64,000 nucleotides of DNA from Piromyces finnis finn. Lineage: Eukaryota > Fungi > Neocallimastigomycota. Positions 18,601 to 46,984 of the stretch are shown here, piece by piece; positions within the stretch are counted from its first letter, which is position 1; each line of letters starts with the position of its first letter. A program made the translations under genes and the position numbers. Where the stretch lies: contig MCFH01000004.1 of the NCBI GenBank assembly GCA_002104945.1, forward strand, positions 496,001 through 560,000. Reading direction: 5' to 3'. The notes under the pieces are model-generated. The model had not been told where the DNA came from. It searched no databases and saw only the letters and a program-made list of their open reading frames with translations.

Positions 18601-21600
18601 ATGGTTTCTGTTCCAATTGTCATTAAATGGGCTGGAAAGAAAGTAATAATCATTTCAATAGAAAAAAAAAAAAATTACCAATAAAGAAAAAAATAAAATG
18701 AAATGAGATAGATATATATTTGTTCAAAAACTAAATAAATAAAGTTTTATATATATATATACATTAACGTTAAAAGACATTCTCATTTGTAAGATGGTAT
18801 TTTTTAAGAAATAATATTAAAAGTTTTAGGAATTTTATTAAAATTAATATTAATCCATAAAATAAACAACAATTATAAATAGGCAACTAAAAATATGAAA
18901 ATTTTATTTTTATATGTCATAGTGAAAGAACAGTTTTATTGATATAGTTATTAAGACTAATATATAATAAATAAAAGCTAGAATATAATTACTATATAAT
19001 TCCTTTTTTTTTTTTTCATTTGAATAAATAAATAAAAAAAAAAAAAAAAAGGAATTATGTATTGAAAAAAGAAAATAGTTTTAATTATATTCCCAATAAT
19101 TTATGCAATCTTTAAAATCTATATTAAATATAATAAAAGTATTATATGAGTTGTCTTAATATATTAACATAAAATCATTGATCAAATAATTATTAAAATA
19201 GCAATAAATGCTGTAGTATTTCGTTTTATTCCTATGCATTAATTCTTATTATCCTATATATTATTCATATTATACCTATGTTTTTTTTTAGTATGACGTT
19301 GAAGTTGATATTAATCAACCAGCTGGCGTATTCAAGCAAAAATTATATGAATTAACTGGTGTTCCAACTGAGTAAGTACAAAAAAAAAGACCTATAATTT
19401 ATAACTATATATAAAATTATAATATTATTGATATTTATTATTGATATTTTTTAAAAAATGACACTAATAAAATAAATATATATTAAATTTTCAAAGTCGT
19501 CAAAAGATTTTAATTAAAGGAGGAATGTTAAAAGATAATACTGATTTATCTACTTTAAAACTCAAGCCAGTAAATATTATATAAAAAATATTTCGATAAA
19601 GTTAATTTTATTTTTTAATCCTAAATTAATCTATTCATTGATAAATTTTTAATATATAAAATTTTAAATAATGCATAATAGAAACAAGTCATTATGGTAT
19701 GTCTAATAAAACATTATAACCTCCTTTCAATATAAAAGATTTATTATGAAAAAAAAATATTAATTATTATTAATTTTTAGATGATGGGTACTGCTGGAGA
19801 ACTTCCAAAAGAACCAGTTAAAAAGACCCTCTTTGAAGAAGATATGACTGAAGAACAATTAGCTGAAGCTGTATATATCTATGAATAATATTAATAATAA
19901 TATATCTATTAAAAATATTGATTAATAAATAATTATTATTTTATAATAAAAATGCCACTTTTTATAATAGTACAAGGTTCCAAGTGGTTTAGTTAATCTT
20001 GGAAGTATGTTATAAAAATTATAAATATGTCTATACCAATAATAATAAAATAATATTACAGGAATGGTTTTAATAATATAATATAAATAATATAAAAATA
20101 ATAATAATTATTAATAGATACTTGTTATATGAATGCCACTTTACAATGTATGCGTGCTATTCCAGAACTCCAAGAACAATTAAATGCGTAAATATACAAA
20201 ATTAATGAATTATCATTTATAAAAAAAAAAAAAAACTAAAATTGGATTTATTATTAATATTGTAAAATAAAGTATTACTGATTCAATCGGTACTGACCCA
20301 CAAAAGAACCTTGCTATTTCTCTTCGTGATTTATACAAAAAATTAAACGATTCTTCAAATGCATTCACTCCATTGGTTTTCCTTCAAGTACTCATTTATG
20401 ATAATTATTTATACTATTTTTATTTCCCTATATTTATTTGTGTGGAATTATTTATGAATAAAAATTTTTTATATATAAATTTTAATTATAGACATTAAGA
20501 GCTGCTTTCCCACAATTCGCTGAAAGAGGTGCTCACGGATTTTTACAACAAGATGCTGAAGAATGTTGGGGTCAATTAGTTACTAGTCTTAAGAATTGTA
20601 CTCCAGGTAAAACCATTGAAGGTCAAACAGATCCATCAAAGTCTTTTGTTGACCAATACTTAAATGGTGAATTTACTTCTGAGTAAGTCTTTAAAATATT
20701 ATTTTATTAACAAAGTAATTAAGAATGACCATAAGAATGAAAAGAATTAATTACAATCATGAATATAATAAATATAACACGATAATGAATACAATTAATT
20801 ACAATCATGAATATAATAAATATAACACGATAATGAATACAATTAATTACAATCATGAATATAATAAATATAACACGATAATGAATACAATTAATTACAA
20901 TCATGAATATAATAAATATAACACGATAATGAATACAATTAATTACAATCATGAATATAATAAATATAACACGATAATGAATACAATTAATTACAATCAT
21001 GAATATAATAAATAATAATAAATATAATACGATAATGAAAAGAATTACTAATAGATGTTTTGGTAAATTTTCTTTTATAACAATAGAGTTGTATGTGACG
21101 AAGATCCAGAAGATAAGAGTATTACAACTGAATCTTTCTTAAAGATGCCAGTTAATATTTCTAGTGGTAGTAAGTATTATAAAATAATTTTTTTCAAGCA
21201 ATTAAAAAAAAAAAAAGAGTTAAAAAAGGTAATTAATTTCTATTTTATTAAATGATTATAAATACTATTATTAAAATTTTAATGTTTACAGTTTCAACTT
21301 ATATGTTATCTGAAATTGAAAACGTAAGTATAGATATTAATCATATAAGGCATTAAAAAATTTTCGATATTAAAATATATAAAAAACAATTATACTAAAA
21401 AAAATACTAATGGAATAATGGAAATGGTTTTTATAAATAATAAAAAAAAAAAACAGAGTTTAACTCAACAAATTGAAAAGTTTTCTGAAAAACTCAACAA
21501 GCAAGCTATGTATACAAAGAAATCTAAAATTAGTAGACTTCCATCATACATTACTATTAACTTTATTCGTTTCCAATGGAAACAAACTGAACAAATTCGT

Positions 21601-22731
21601 GCAAAGATTTTAAAGGTATTTTATCATTAAATATAAAAAAAGAATTAAATTAACAATGAAAATTTAATAAATTATAAATTATGATTTTTTTCAAGCGTGT
21701 TAAATTCCCATTAGAATTAGATATGACACCATATTGTACTCCAGAACTTCAAGAAAAATTAAAGGTCGGTAAGGCCAAAATAAAGGAAATGCAAGACAAG
21801 GAATTGGAAAAAAAGGTAATTCATCCTTTTTTACAGAAAAATAATATGTAATTTCTGAATTATAATATTATAAAAGAATAAAGATTATTTATTATAATTT
21901 TTTTTTGTTTTTGTTAAATATATATATATATATATATGTATTATTTAGAAAAGAGAAAAGGCTTTAAAGGAAAACCCATTAGCTTTAAAGGACGAAGATG
22001 TTAAGATGGAAGATTCTAATAAAGAACAAAAGAAGCAATATGAAATTTACAGAGACTTAAACATAGACAACAGTTTAATAGAAGATGTTGGTTGTAATGT
22101 TTCTGGTCAAGTAAAAATCGAATAAAAAATTTTTTAAATATCAATATTATAATACTATATATAATAATATATATAATAATAATTAAAATATATATTATGA
22201 TTTAAAATTTTGTATTGTAGTATGATCTTGTTGCTGTTCTTACTCATATGGGTAGAAATGCTGATTCCGGTAAATCAATCACTAGAAATTAAAAACATAT
22301 TACACATCTCACTATTTATATCAGAAAATGTAATTTATTAAATATTAAAAAATAATTTTAAATTTAACAGGTCACTATATCGGTTGGGTAAGACAAGAAA
22401 CTACCGACAACTGGTGTAAGTTTTAATATTTAATTTTATTATAAATAGTATATAAATATATATAATAGTGTATTTTATATAAATCATAATAAATTAAAAT
22501 TATTCTTAAAAATTATATAGGGAAATTCGATGATGATAAGGTTACTGCTATTACCTCTGAAGATATTCCAAAGTTAGAAGGTGGTGGTGACTGGCACACT
22601 GGTAAATTTATAATTTCATTATAAATATATATATATTTGTATTTTAAATAATTATATTAATTTACACAACTATATATTAATTACTTTTAGCCTACATTTG
22701 CTTATACAAGGCTAAGGAATTAAAAGAATAA
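18601..22731 (+). CDS. UBP6: Proteasome-associated deubiquitinase USP14/Ubp6, 18 exons
   Basis: N-terminal UBL (IVIKWAGKK|YDVEVD...FKQKLYELTGVPT|RQKILIKGGMLKD); Cys box GLVNLG|NTCYMNATLQC; QQDAEECW; RLPSYITINFIRFQWK; His box LTHMGRNADS|GHYIGWVR; KFDDDKV; terminal GGGDWHT|AYICLYK. Only fragments appear in the ORF track. Confidence 0.95.
20736..21047. repeat. Intronic minisatellite, 48-bp unit x~6, in a USP14 intron
   Basis: AATTAATTACAATCATGAATATAATAAATATAACACGATAATGAATAC identical at 20745, 20793, 20841, 20889, 20937; variant sixth unit; bounded by the direct repeat AATGAAAAGAATTA at 20736 and 21034. Confidence 0.97.
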
Positions 22732-23474
22732 TTTAATCCGTTAAACAGTTAAAAAATATTAACAATAATATAAAAATAACAAAAATAAAAAAAAAATTAA
22801 AATTAAAATTGTTAATCTTTTTTAATATATAATGTAATTTACCTTTAAAAAAAAACTTTTAATAAAACATAAAATAAAAAAAAAAAAATAAAAAAAAAAA
22901 AGAATTTATCTATTTTTCAAAATAATAAAAATACCTAAAAATTAATGATTTGTTATTGTATGTTATGGATACTTTGTATATTTTTTAGAAATAGTTGGAA
23001 ACTATTAATAATAGTAATAAATAGTAAAAAATAAAAAAAATAAATAAAAAACTATATTATAATTTATATTTTAAAATTATATGCTCTTTTATTATAATGT
23101 ATTAATTTTACTTTTTATTTTTATTATTATTTAAATAACATAATGCTTAATGTTATAATAAATTAATAGATAAATAATACAATAATTTAAATAAAGATAT
23201 AAGCAAAAACTTGATATATATATGTATATATAAATTAAAGATAAAGGATTTAAAAATAATTTGGTATTTTAAATTATTTGTACTAAAAAATACAAGTACA
23301 TTTTCTTTAAAAACAAGAATATATTCTTGGAGATATAGACATTTATAAAGATATAATTAATATTATTTATATTTTCAAATAATTTATGTAATGTATGTAT
23401 TATTATTTATATAAAAATGATTTTTTAAAGAAATTTCTTTTGCAACAAAACTTTTGTGGGTTTTCCGATTAAAT

Positions 23475-37952
<14,478 letters not shown>

Positions 37953-39412
37953 TTTCTTTATTATTAATTACTTTTCCTATAATAAAAATAATATAATTCT
38001 TTGGTATATGTATAAATATAAAAATATTTATATATTTATGTATTATTAATGTTATTAGATTTATATGTATATATATAATTTCGTGATTTATAACATCCAC
38101 TTACATTTTTTTAATAAAAAAAATAATTAAAAAAATACTTGTTTTATTAGATAATGTTTTAATAAAAATCTTTAGTTTTCAAAACATATCTTTTATATAG
38201 TATGATTTTTTTTTTTTTTTATAAATTAGTACTTATGTCTAAAACTATTTTAATTATTCAAAGAAGGTAAAAGTAAAAATTATAAATATATGTTAATAAA
38301 AAAAAATATTTTAATCTTTAATTTTCATATTAATAAATTCAGTAATGAACTTTATTTTAGTTTGTTTAATTTAATTAAATTATAAAACTTTTTAATTTTA
38401 TATATTATTGAATTTATGTTGAAGTTTAAAAAAAAGTTTACTGCTGTAACATTACAAATGCCAAAGATACAACTAGGAATCAAATTAAAAAAATTTATTT
38501 ATTTTAATTTTTAATTTATAAATTTTTTTGGAATTTTATTTTTTTTAAATTAAATTTTAATTAAATTTAATGAAAGGAAAAATTTTTTTATTTTATATTT
38601 TTTTATGTAAATAAATATTATAAATGAGTTTAAATAATAATTGGAATTAATATATCTTTACACGTTATTTATCATTTTCTTAAACATAACAAGTATAAAT
38701 GGTATATAAATATATACTTTACAAAAAAAAAAAAAGTATAATAATAAAAAGTAAAATTAAAAAAGGCAATATAAATTAATGTAAAAACAATCCTTCTTTA
38801 TATTTTAAAAAAAATATTTTTTAAATTATTAAATGTCATCTTTTTAGTTAATATTAATGTAATTGTTGTTTTTCTAAAAATAAAGTTTTTTTTTAAACAT
38901 TTAACTAAATAATAAAATAAAAAAAAAGTTTTATTTCCTTTTTAAATATTATATACAAAAAAACAAAAAACTTTTTTTTTTATTGTGATATTAATTTTTT
39001 ATTCTATTATAAATATTATTTAAAATAAAGGTGAGAAAAAAAAAATACATTTTTTAAATTTATTAAAAAAAAAATAAGATATACTATTGAAAAAAAAAAA
39101 AAAAAAAAAAAAATTGAAATTTAAAACTATACTTTTCCAAAAGAATTATTTAAAAAAAAAAAAAAAAAAAAAAGAATGGTTATAATATATAAATAACAAT
39201 TTATATTACTTTCTTAATTGTTAATTGTAAAAATAAAAAATAATAAATGTTTCGTCATTGTTGAGAAAATAAATTATATATTCAATTACTGTATGATTTA
39301 TATAACTATTATTTATATATATATATTATATATATTATTTTAGTTAATATATCTTTATTTTTAATTATTATAATGTTATTGTTGTTGTTGTTATTTATAT
39401 GTTTATTTATTT

Positions 39413-41780
39413 TTATATACCAGAGTTAAAATTTGATTTGGTAAATGAACTTTTACTTGGGGTTGAACCATTTCCAAATCTAGAGTAAGATGTATCAAAA
39501 CCAAGTCCAGTATGTGAAGAACGTTTTGTAAGCTTTTGTATTCTTTCTTGTTCTATGGTAGCAGTATCATTTAATCTTGAAAGTTCTTGAATTTGTAAAC
39601 CAAGTTCAGTAGTAGATTGATCAATCCATTGTAATGAACATAAATGTCTATTTAAGATCTTAACAATTTGCCCTATCTATAATTCGTGAAGGGAAAATTA
39701 GTAATATTCTTACCTATAATTATATGTAATTTTATAAAAATATTTATTTATTTATTATTAGCTTACAGTATTTTCATCATCATCTTCTTCTTCAGCACCT
39801 CCCTTAGTACAATTAATTTCTTTAATCATATCACTAAGAGTATTACCAAGATCATCTAATTGCTTATTAAGGTTTTCAGCAGTATTATAAGCAGATTCTC
39901 TTTCTTCATCAGCTGGGTTTAACCTTTGATTTTATTAAAAATAAATATAAAAAATATATAAATATCATATGATATAATATAATTTAATTTGTTACTACTG
40001 TATAAAATTTACTTTCCACGTGGATCATTATTTGAATTATCAATTAATGGTAGTATTTTCTTTTCATATTCAGTTAATATGGAACTTAATTCAGTTTGTT
40101 GATTTTCAATATATTCTAAATTAGTATCAATTTCCTTTTGTATTTTTTCAGTTTCTTCAATTTGGGAATTCAAGTTGTATATCTTTATATATAGGCATAT
40201 TTAATTTTATTTTAAATATATACAATATTAAAAATTATTTTAAAAATTATTATGAAATGAGAAAAAAAATTATGCCATTAATATTTTAAATACTAAATAG
40301 TTTCAAAATGTATAATATTAATTAATAACATACTTGAGCACCATTTTGAATAATCATTTGATCCCATTTACCAACATTAACAGCAACCTTTTGGAATTCA
40401 GTGTGATAATGATTAAGTTCAGAAGTCCATTTATTTAAAATATCTTCCATAGTTTTATTTCTTAAAGCTGAAATGGTTGGTGGAGCAGTGGCTGCTGTAG
40501 TAGCTGCTGTAGATGTAGTAGTAGCAGTAGTGGTGGTGGTGGTAGCAGCAGTGGCTATTCATAAATAAATAAAATAATAATTATCATGAATATTAGTTTA
40601 TATTTAACGTTATTTATATAAATGACTTTAAAAAAAAATAATATTTACTTGATGTTCCAAATAATGGCTTAGTAGTAGCAGCAGTGGTGGCAGTAGTAGT
40701 GGCAGCAGTTGTTGTTTTACCAAAACTGAAACCTGAAGCAGCTGGAGCAGCAGTGGTGGCAGTAGTAGTGGCAGCAGTAGTTGTTTTACCAAAACTGAAA
40801 CCTGAAGCAGCTGGAGCAGCAGTGGTGGCAGTAGTAGTGGCAGCAGTAGTTGTTTTACCAAAACTGAAACCTGAAGCAGCTGGAGCAGCAGTGGTAGCTG
40901 GAGTAGTTGTAGCTGGTTTACTAAAACCAAAACCTGAAGCAGCTGGGGTAGCAGTAGTAGTAGTTGGGGTGGTAGCAGCTGGTTTGCCAAAACTGAAACC
41001 AGAGGCAGCTGGAGCAGCAGTAGTAGTAGCTGGGGTGGTAGCAGCTGGTTTACCAAAACTGAAACCAGAGGCAGCTGGAGTAGTGGAAGCAGCTGGAGTA
41101 GTAGCAGCTGGTTTGCCAAAACTGAAACCAGAGGCAGCTGGAGCAGCAGTAGTAGTAGCTGGGATGGTAGCAGCTGGTTTACCAAAACTGAAACCAGAGG
41201 CAGCTGGAGTAGTGGAAGCAGCTGGAGTAGTAGCAGCTGGTTTGCCAAAACTGAAACCAGAGGCAGCTGGAGCAGCAGTAGTAGCAGCTGGGGTGGTAGC
41301 AGCTGGTTTGCCAAAACTGAAACCAGATGATCCAGTTGATGTACTAGTACCAAATGATGGAGTTGCTGTTGTTGCTCCACTACCGAATAATCCAGTATTT
41401 TGGGTTGATGGAGTAGATGTATTAGCACCGAAGGATGAAGTTGTAGTTGATGCAGCTGTACTACCGAATAATCCAGTATTTTGAGTTGATGGGGTAGAAG
41501 TAGTAGTGGTTTGACTATTACCAAACTTAAATCCAGAAGCATTATTATTACTTCCACCAAAACTAAAGCCAGATGAATTTGAAGAAGCATTAGTACTTCC
41601 AAACATACCACCACCTGTACTTGAATTATTAGTATTAGTAGCACCTGAACCAAAACTAAAACTTGGCTTAGCTCCAGAGGAGTTAGCACCAAATCCAGTA
41701 GTATTATTGTTATTATTACCACCAAAGGAAAAAGAACTTTGGGTATTAGTGTTTGTATTGTTTCCAAAGGTGAAACTCAT
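39413..41780 (-). CDS. NSP1: FG-nucleoporin Nsp1/Nup62, 5 exons
   Basis: N-terminal FG/GFSFG repeats with Ala/Thr/Pro spacers (ORF 40614-41780), then Nsp1_C coiled coil [42 protein letters not shown] and [20 protein letters not shown]. Confidence 0.92.
40660..41325 (-). repeat. Coding FG-repeat array of Nsp1 (63-69-bp units)
   Basis: SGFSFGK([12 protein letters not shown])... units of 21, 22 and 23 aa. Confidence 0.9.
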
Positions 41781-43522
41781 ATTGAATAAAATTTACTTTT
41801 CTTTAGTTATTTACAATTATGAAATTATTATTATTAAATTTAAATGTTATAGTATTGTATTATAATATAAATGAAAAATACATATATAAAAAAAAAGTTA
41901 GTACTTAATAATGATAATAACGATGATATTGGCTTAAATTCTATATATAAATTATTAATATTTTTAAATAGATAATCCATTGCTTTATATTGTTTGCTAA
42001 ATACATTTTTTATTTGATGAAAAAAAATTAAAGCTGTTGATAATTAAAGTTTTTTAATTCATTATTAAGTTTGAATGATATTTTTAATTAATTCAAAATT
42101 TATTTAAATTGTCGATAATAATTATATATTAATTGCACAATTTATTAAAATTATTTATTTGTTTATTATTTTTGTTTACATTTGTTAAAATAAGAATCAA
42201 AGGAGGAAATAGTATTTATTTATATAAATCCAAAATGAATTTTATGAAATAATTGGAAGAGAATTTTTGAAAATAGCTCTTCAATCTTAATTATACAACT
42301 ATATATATTGAAATAACTTTCTTTGATCTATTAGTGCCAAATTGATAAATATTTCAGTAATCATAATTGCAGTAATCAAAATTGAAAATAAATATTAATA
42401 AAGATAATCATAATTGTTAATACACCAAAGTTTTTAGATATAATCATTATATTGTTAAATAATAATAATTAATATATTATATAATTTGATTTCATTGTAT
42501 ATATTTTGTTATATATCGATTGGTATTATTCCATGAAACAAAAATAATTTATTATGAGATTTCCCATTAAAAAGACTATCGCCGTATTTCTTTTTATCAA
42601 TATCAATTTTATTAATATAATAGAGAATCATTTTAAAAAAAAAATATAGATGTAGTAAAGATATATATATTACTTTTTTTAAAAAAGAATATTAGAATTT
42701 ATAAAATTATTGAATAAATCAAGGTATAGAATAGGTCTAATGATTGATAAATGTTTGATATTTTCTTCCTTTTTATTATTATTATTATTTTTATAATAAA
42801 TATAAATTTAAAATAAGGTAAACTCTTGTAAAAATAATAAGAATAATAAAATTATTAAATATTAAAAAAAAATAATAATAAATTTTTTTTTTAATACTAT
42901 TTTTTTTTAAAAATTTTGACTATTAAATTTTTGTTAAAGTACATAAAGTTCATACATTTTAACAAATTTTAGCCAATCAATTATTTTTAAATGAGCAAAT
43001 TTAATATTTAAAATTTATAGTAAGTTTAGCTTTGACAATAGAATTTTAAACCACTTTATATAAGAAGGGCTAAAACTGTCTTTTTTTTTTTTTAACTATT
43101 GTAGTATTATTAAAGTATTATTCATTTTAGACTGATGCTTTTAATTTTAATTTGTTAGTGTTAAATGATGTTTTAAACTACATGATTTATACATATTTTT
43201 CTATTTTCCAAGCATAAATATAAAAGAATTACAATTTTCAATTGAACAAAGATAATATGAAAATAGAAATAAATTTCATTAAATTTCACAAAATTTCTTT
43301 TAAAAGATATTCAATAGAAACAGAATATAAAAAAATTAATATATATATAAATTATTAGATTTAATAAATTTAATAAATTAATCCTTTTTTTGTTTTTTTA
43401 GCTTTAACCCCAATTATTAAGAACTATTTATTTTATTAAAAGTTAATGTTTGATATACATTTTGTTTTTTTTTTTTTATCATTTTATACTTTAATGTGAA
43501 AAAAAAAAAATGAATTGTATTA

Positions 43523-44127
43523 TTACAAAAGAAATTCTTCGATAGTTTTTAAGGATTCTTGTATTTGTTTTCTTAAATAAAGTTGTATATATCAAATAAT
43601 AATAAAATTGAATAAGTTATAATTTATAAATTTAAAAAAAAAAAAAAAAAGTAAATTAATATTATAATTTAAAATTAAATATAATTCATACACTTTATCT
43701 GATAAGGCATATATCTTATTCATATCTTTATTTAAAGTGTCACATAATGTTATCATTCGTTCTGTCTGTTCCACGCTTTTACAAATATCATTATCAATTT
43801 TACTTGCAATGGTGTTTTGTACATGAATTGACTCTAAAGTACTTTGACTCATCTTAATAAAATAAAAGTTACATAATTTTACTAATTAAAGTATAATAAA
43901 AATAAAAAGATATATTTATTATTATAAAATCAACATACTGTAGCTAATTTATCTTGAAGTGATGAAACCATTCTATGAATTTCAATTGATATAGCCTCTG
44001 CATTTTTTTCTAAATTATCAATTAAATTTACGTCAAAGGGTATATTTTTACTAGAAGATTTTTCCTTATAAATAGAAGCTAATTCAAAGTTCTTATTATC
44101 CTTATTTAAATTAGAACTTGATGACAT
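43523..44127 (-). CDS. BORCS6 (lyspersin/C17orf59)-like coiled-coil protein, ~135 aa, 3 exons
   Basis: Spliced: ...NLIDNLEKNAEAISIEIHRMVSSLQDKLAT|MSQSTLESIHVQ...ICKSVEQTERMITLCDTLNKDMNKIYALSDKV|KQIQESLKTIEEFLL. By eye this follows the BORCS6 C-terminal domain pattern (L.dLE..a..ia..v..l..sL...l..ms; li..ce.L...m..i..la..ik.i...l..le). Confidence 0.65.
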
Positions 44128-44499
44128 TTTATTATTATTATAATTATAATTATTGCTTAATAATTAACAATTAATTTCTATATAAATTAATAAAAATAAT
44201 ACACAAAAGTTTAAATAAAATGTATATATATATATATATTATTCATTTATATATAATATATAAGAGAAAGTTTTTCAACTTTTATTTATCTATTTTACTT
44301 ACAAATAGGAATGATGTAGTAATATTTACAAGTTTACAAAATATTAATTTATTCTACATATACATATATACATATTTTATTAATATTTTTAAAAAAATAT
44401 ATATTTTCTATATAATTAATATCTTTTTTACTTTTAAAATTTAAATTTAAAAAAATTAAAATTTTATAAAAAATAAACCAATAAAATTTGAAAATCATA
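44128..44499. promoter_or_regulatory. Probable compact bidirectional promoter between BORCS6-like and MYG1
   Basis: Head-to-head start codons about 370 bp apart; inferred from gene arrangement only. Confidence 0.5.
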
Positions 44500-46040
44500 A
44501 TGAAAAAAAAAATGTAAAATCAAGAAGAAAAAAAAATATTTTTTTGTTTAATTTAGCAATAAATTAGTTCGATTATACAAACTTTAAATAAAAATGTAAC
44601 AAATACAGGAATATTATTAAATGTTAAATTTATTTATTAGTTTATTTATTTTTTTAAATAATATATCATATTAATAGTAACAACAACGTTATTTTTTTTT
44701 CAAGGGTCAGATTAGGTACTCACAGTGGTTCATTTCATGCTGACGAAACCTTAGCTACATTCTTCTTAACTTCCTTAGGTGATATACCTAAAAAAAATAA
44801 TAATAAGAATAATAATAGAAATATTTTTTACCTTCTTAATAATAATAAATAAATTTTATTCAATCTCTTTATATATAATAAATAGACGAATACAAGGATG
44901 CTGAAATTAGTTAGTATATTAATTGCAATTACTCATTCATTTAATTTCAATTTAATTCAATTTCTAAATCAATAATAATTTTAATGTAATAATTTATATA
45001 TCAAATAATCCAATAATATCAAAATTCCAACACAATAATCAAATAATAGTTAGAACAAGAGACCAAGATTTATTAAATGAACTCGATGTTGTTTACGATG
45101 TTGGTGGTGAATATAATCATGAAAAATTAAGGTAACCTTTTTTATTTAAAAAAAAAACGAATATAAAAATATATTATATATATACATATTCAAATAAATA
45201 AATAAAAAGTAATAATGCAAAAAAAAAAAAAAAAAAAAGGATAATATAAAATTAATTTAAAATTACTTTATATAATAAAAAAAGATATGATCATCACCAA
45301 AAAGGTTTTAACGAAACTTTTAGCGATGAATACACTACTAAATTATCTAGTGCTGGTTTAATTTACAAGCATTTTGGAAAAAGAATTGTCTCCAAGTTAA
45401 TAAATTGGGATATTAATGATCCAAAAACTGAAACTTTATATCAAAGATTATATAAAACTTTTGTTGAATGTGTTGACGGAAATGATAATGGTATTCCACA
45501 ATACGATACTGAAAGTAAGTTGATAAGATAATTTTTTTACAATAAAATATAATAAAACATATATATAATATATTATTATGAAAATATATTTCAGAAATTT
45601 TGTACAAGCTAATTAATTAATATATTATATTTAAATTATTATAATATATAAAACAAAATAAATATTTTTATTATTAAACAATATCAATAGTTAAGCCTTC
45701 TTACATGGACTCCACTAATATTGCCTCAAGAATTTCTCGTTTAAATCCAACATGGAATGGTGATAACTCCGAAGAAACTTATTACGTAACTATTTAATAA
45801 TTAATAATTGCTGAAAAAATAATAGGATAAAATATGAAATGGATAAAAAAGTATATTAATATAATTACAAACTTTTTTTTATCTAATTAAAATAAAATTA
45901 TAAATTATCATTGATCAATACTATTCTATATAAAAAAAAATAAACAGAAACAATTTATGAAAGGTGTTGAAGTAAGCATTATTAGTTATTTATTAGTTAT
46001 TTAATTTAATTATAAATTAATATAAAATATTAATAATACC

Positions 46041-46072
<32 letters not shown>

Positions 46073-46931
46073 TAGATAATGGGAACAGAATTTAAGGAAA
46101 TGCTTTTTGTCTGTGCTAATCAATGGATGCCAGCTAGAGATATTGTTGTTAACTCTATTAAAAAGAGGTATGAAACTTTATATACCTATAAAACTATTAT
46201 AAAGAATTATTAAAAATAATCAAAAATAATATTAATAATAATATTAATAATTAAACAAATAAAATGATAGATTTGAAGTAGATGAAAGTGGTTCCATTGT
46301 TGTTTTAGATAATTTCTGCCCATGGAAGGTAGTTTAAATAATAATAAATTATAGTAATAATTAAAATAATAATAAACTAATAATATATTTTAAATACCAT
46401 TATATTCAATTTAGGAACATCTTTTCATTATTGAAAAAGAATTAGGTATTAAGAAAAATGAATTACTTTACGTTGTATACCTTGACAATGGAAAGAGTTC
46501 CAGAGTTCAAGCTATTCCAGTAAATCCAAATAGTTTCACTTCAAGAAATCCACTTCCAGAAGTGTAATTTTTTAATTTTTTTTTAATTAATTTTTTAAAA
46601 ATATATATATATATATATATTTATAAATTTAAAAATATTAGCATTCCCATTTAATTAATATTTCTTTGATAAAATATAATAGATGGAGAGGTTTAAGAGA
46701 CGAAAAATTATCTGAAGCTTCCGGAATTCAAGATTGTATTTTTGTTCACAATACTGGTTTTATTGGTGGAAATAAAACTTTGTAAGTGATGAAATTACTT
46801 TTAATATTAAAAATATAATATATATATAATATATTTAAAACATATATTTAATAAAAAAAAACGAATATTAAATAAATTATAGGGAAGGAGCTATTGAAAT
46901 GGCCAAGAAAGCTTTAAAACTTAGAAAGTAA
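44500..46931 (+). CDS. MYG1: MYG1 family exonuclease (UPF0160), 12 exons
   Basis: LGTHSGSFHADETLA, RTRDQD...VYDVGGEY, YDHHQKGF, KLSSAGLIYKHFG, VDGNDNGI, SRISRLNPTWN, CPWKEHLF, SRNPLPE|WRGLRD..LS..SGI.DCIFVHNTGFIGGN. Exact start is ambiguous (see findings). Confidence 0.95.
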
Positions 46932-46953
46932 TCCTTTAAATAGAAATTATAAA

Positions 46954-46984
<31 letters not shown>

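Noticed and set aside
20719-21015. ORFs on both strands (NYNHEYNKYNTIMNTI / MIVINCIHYRVIFIIF repeats); also considered as a CRISPR-like array
   Set aside because: Open only because the 48-bp unit is a stop-free multiple of 3; lies inside a USP14 intron; units are contiguous with no unique spacers and no cas genes.
38436-38450. GTTTACTGCTGTAAC as an RFX X-box upstream of the dynein gene
   Set aside because: Both half-sites deviate from GTNRCC/RGYAAC; not distinguishable from chance.
40628-41767. ORFs 40628..41767 (-, 379 aa) and 40684..41484 (+, 266 aa, [11 protein letters not shown] repeats)
   Set aside because: Alternative-frame and antisense shadows of the GC-rich Nsp1 FG repeat; no independent domain.
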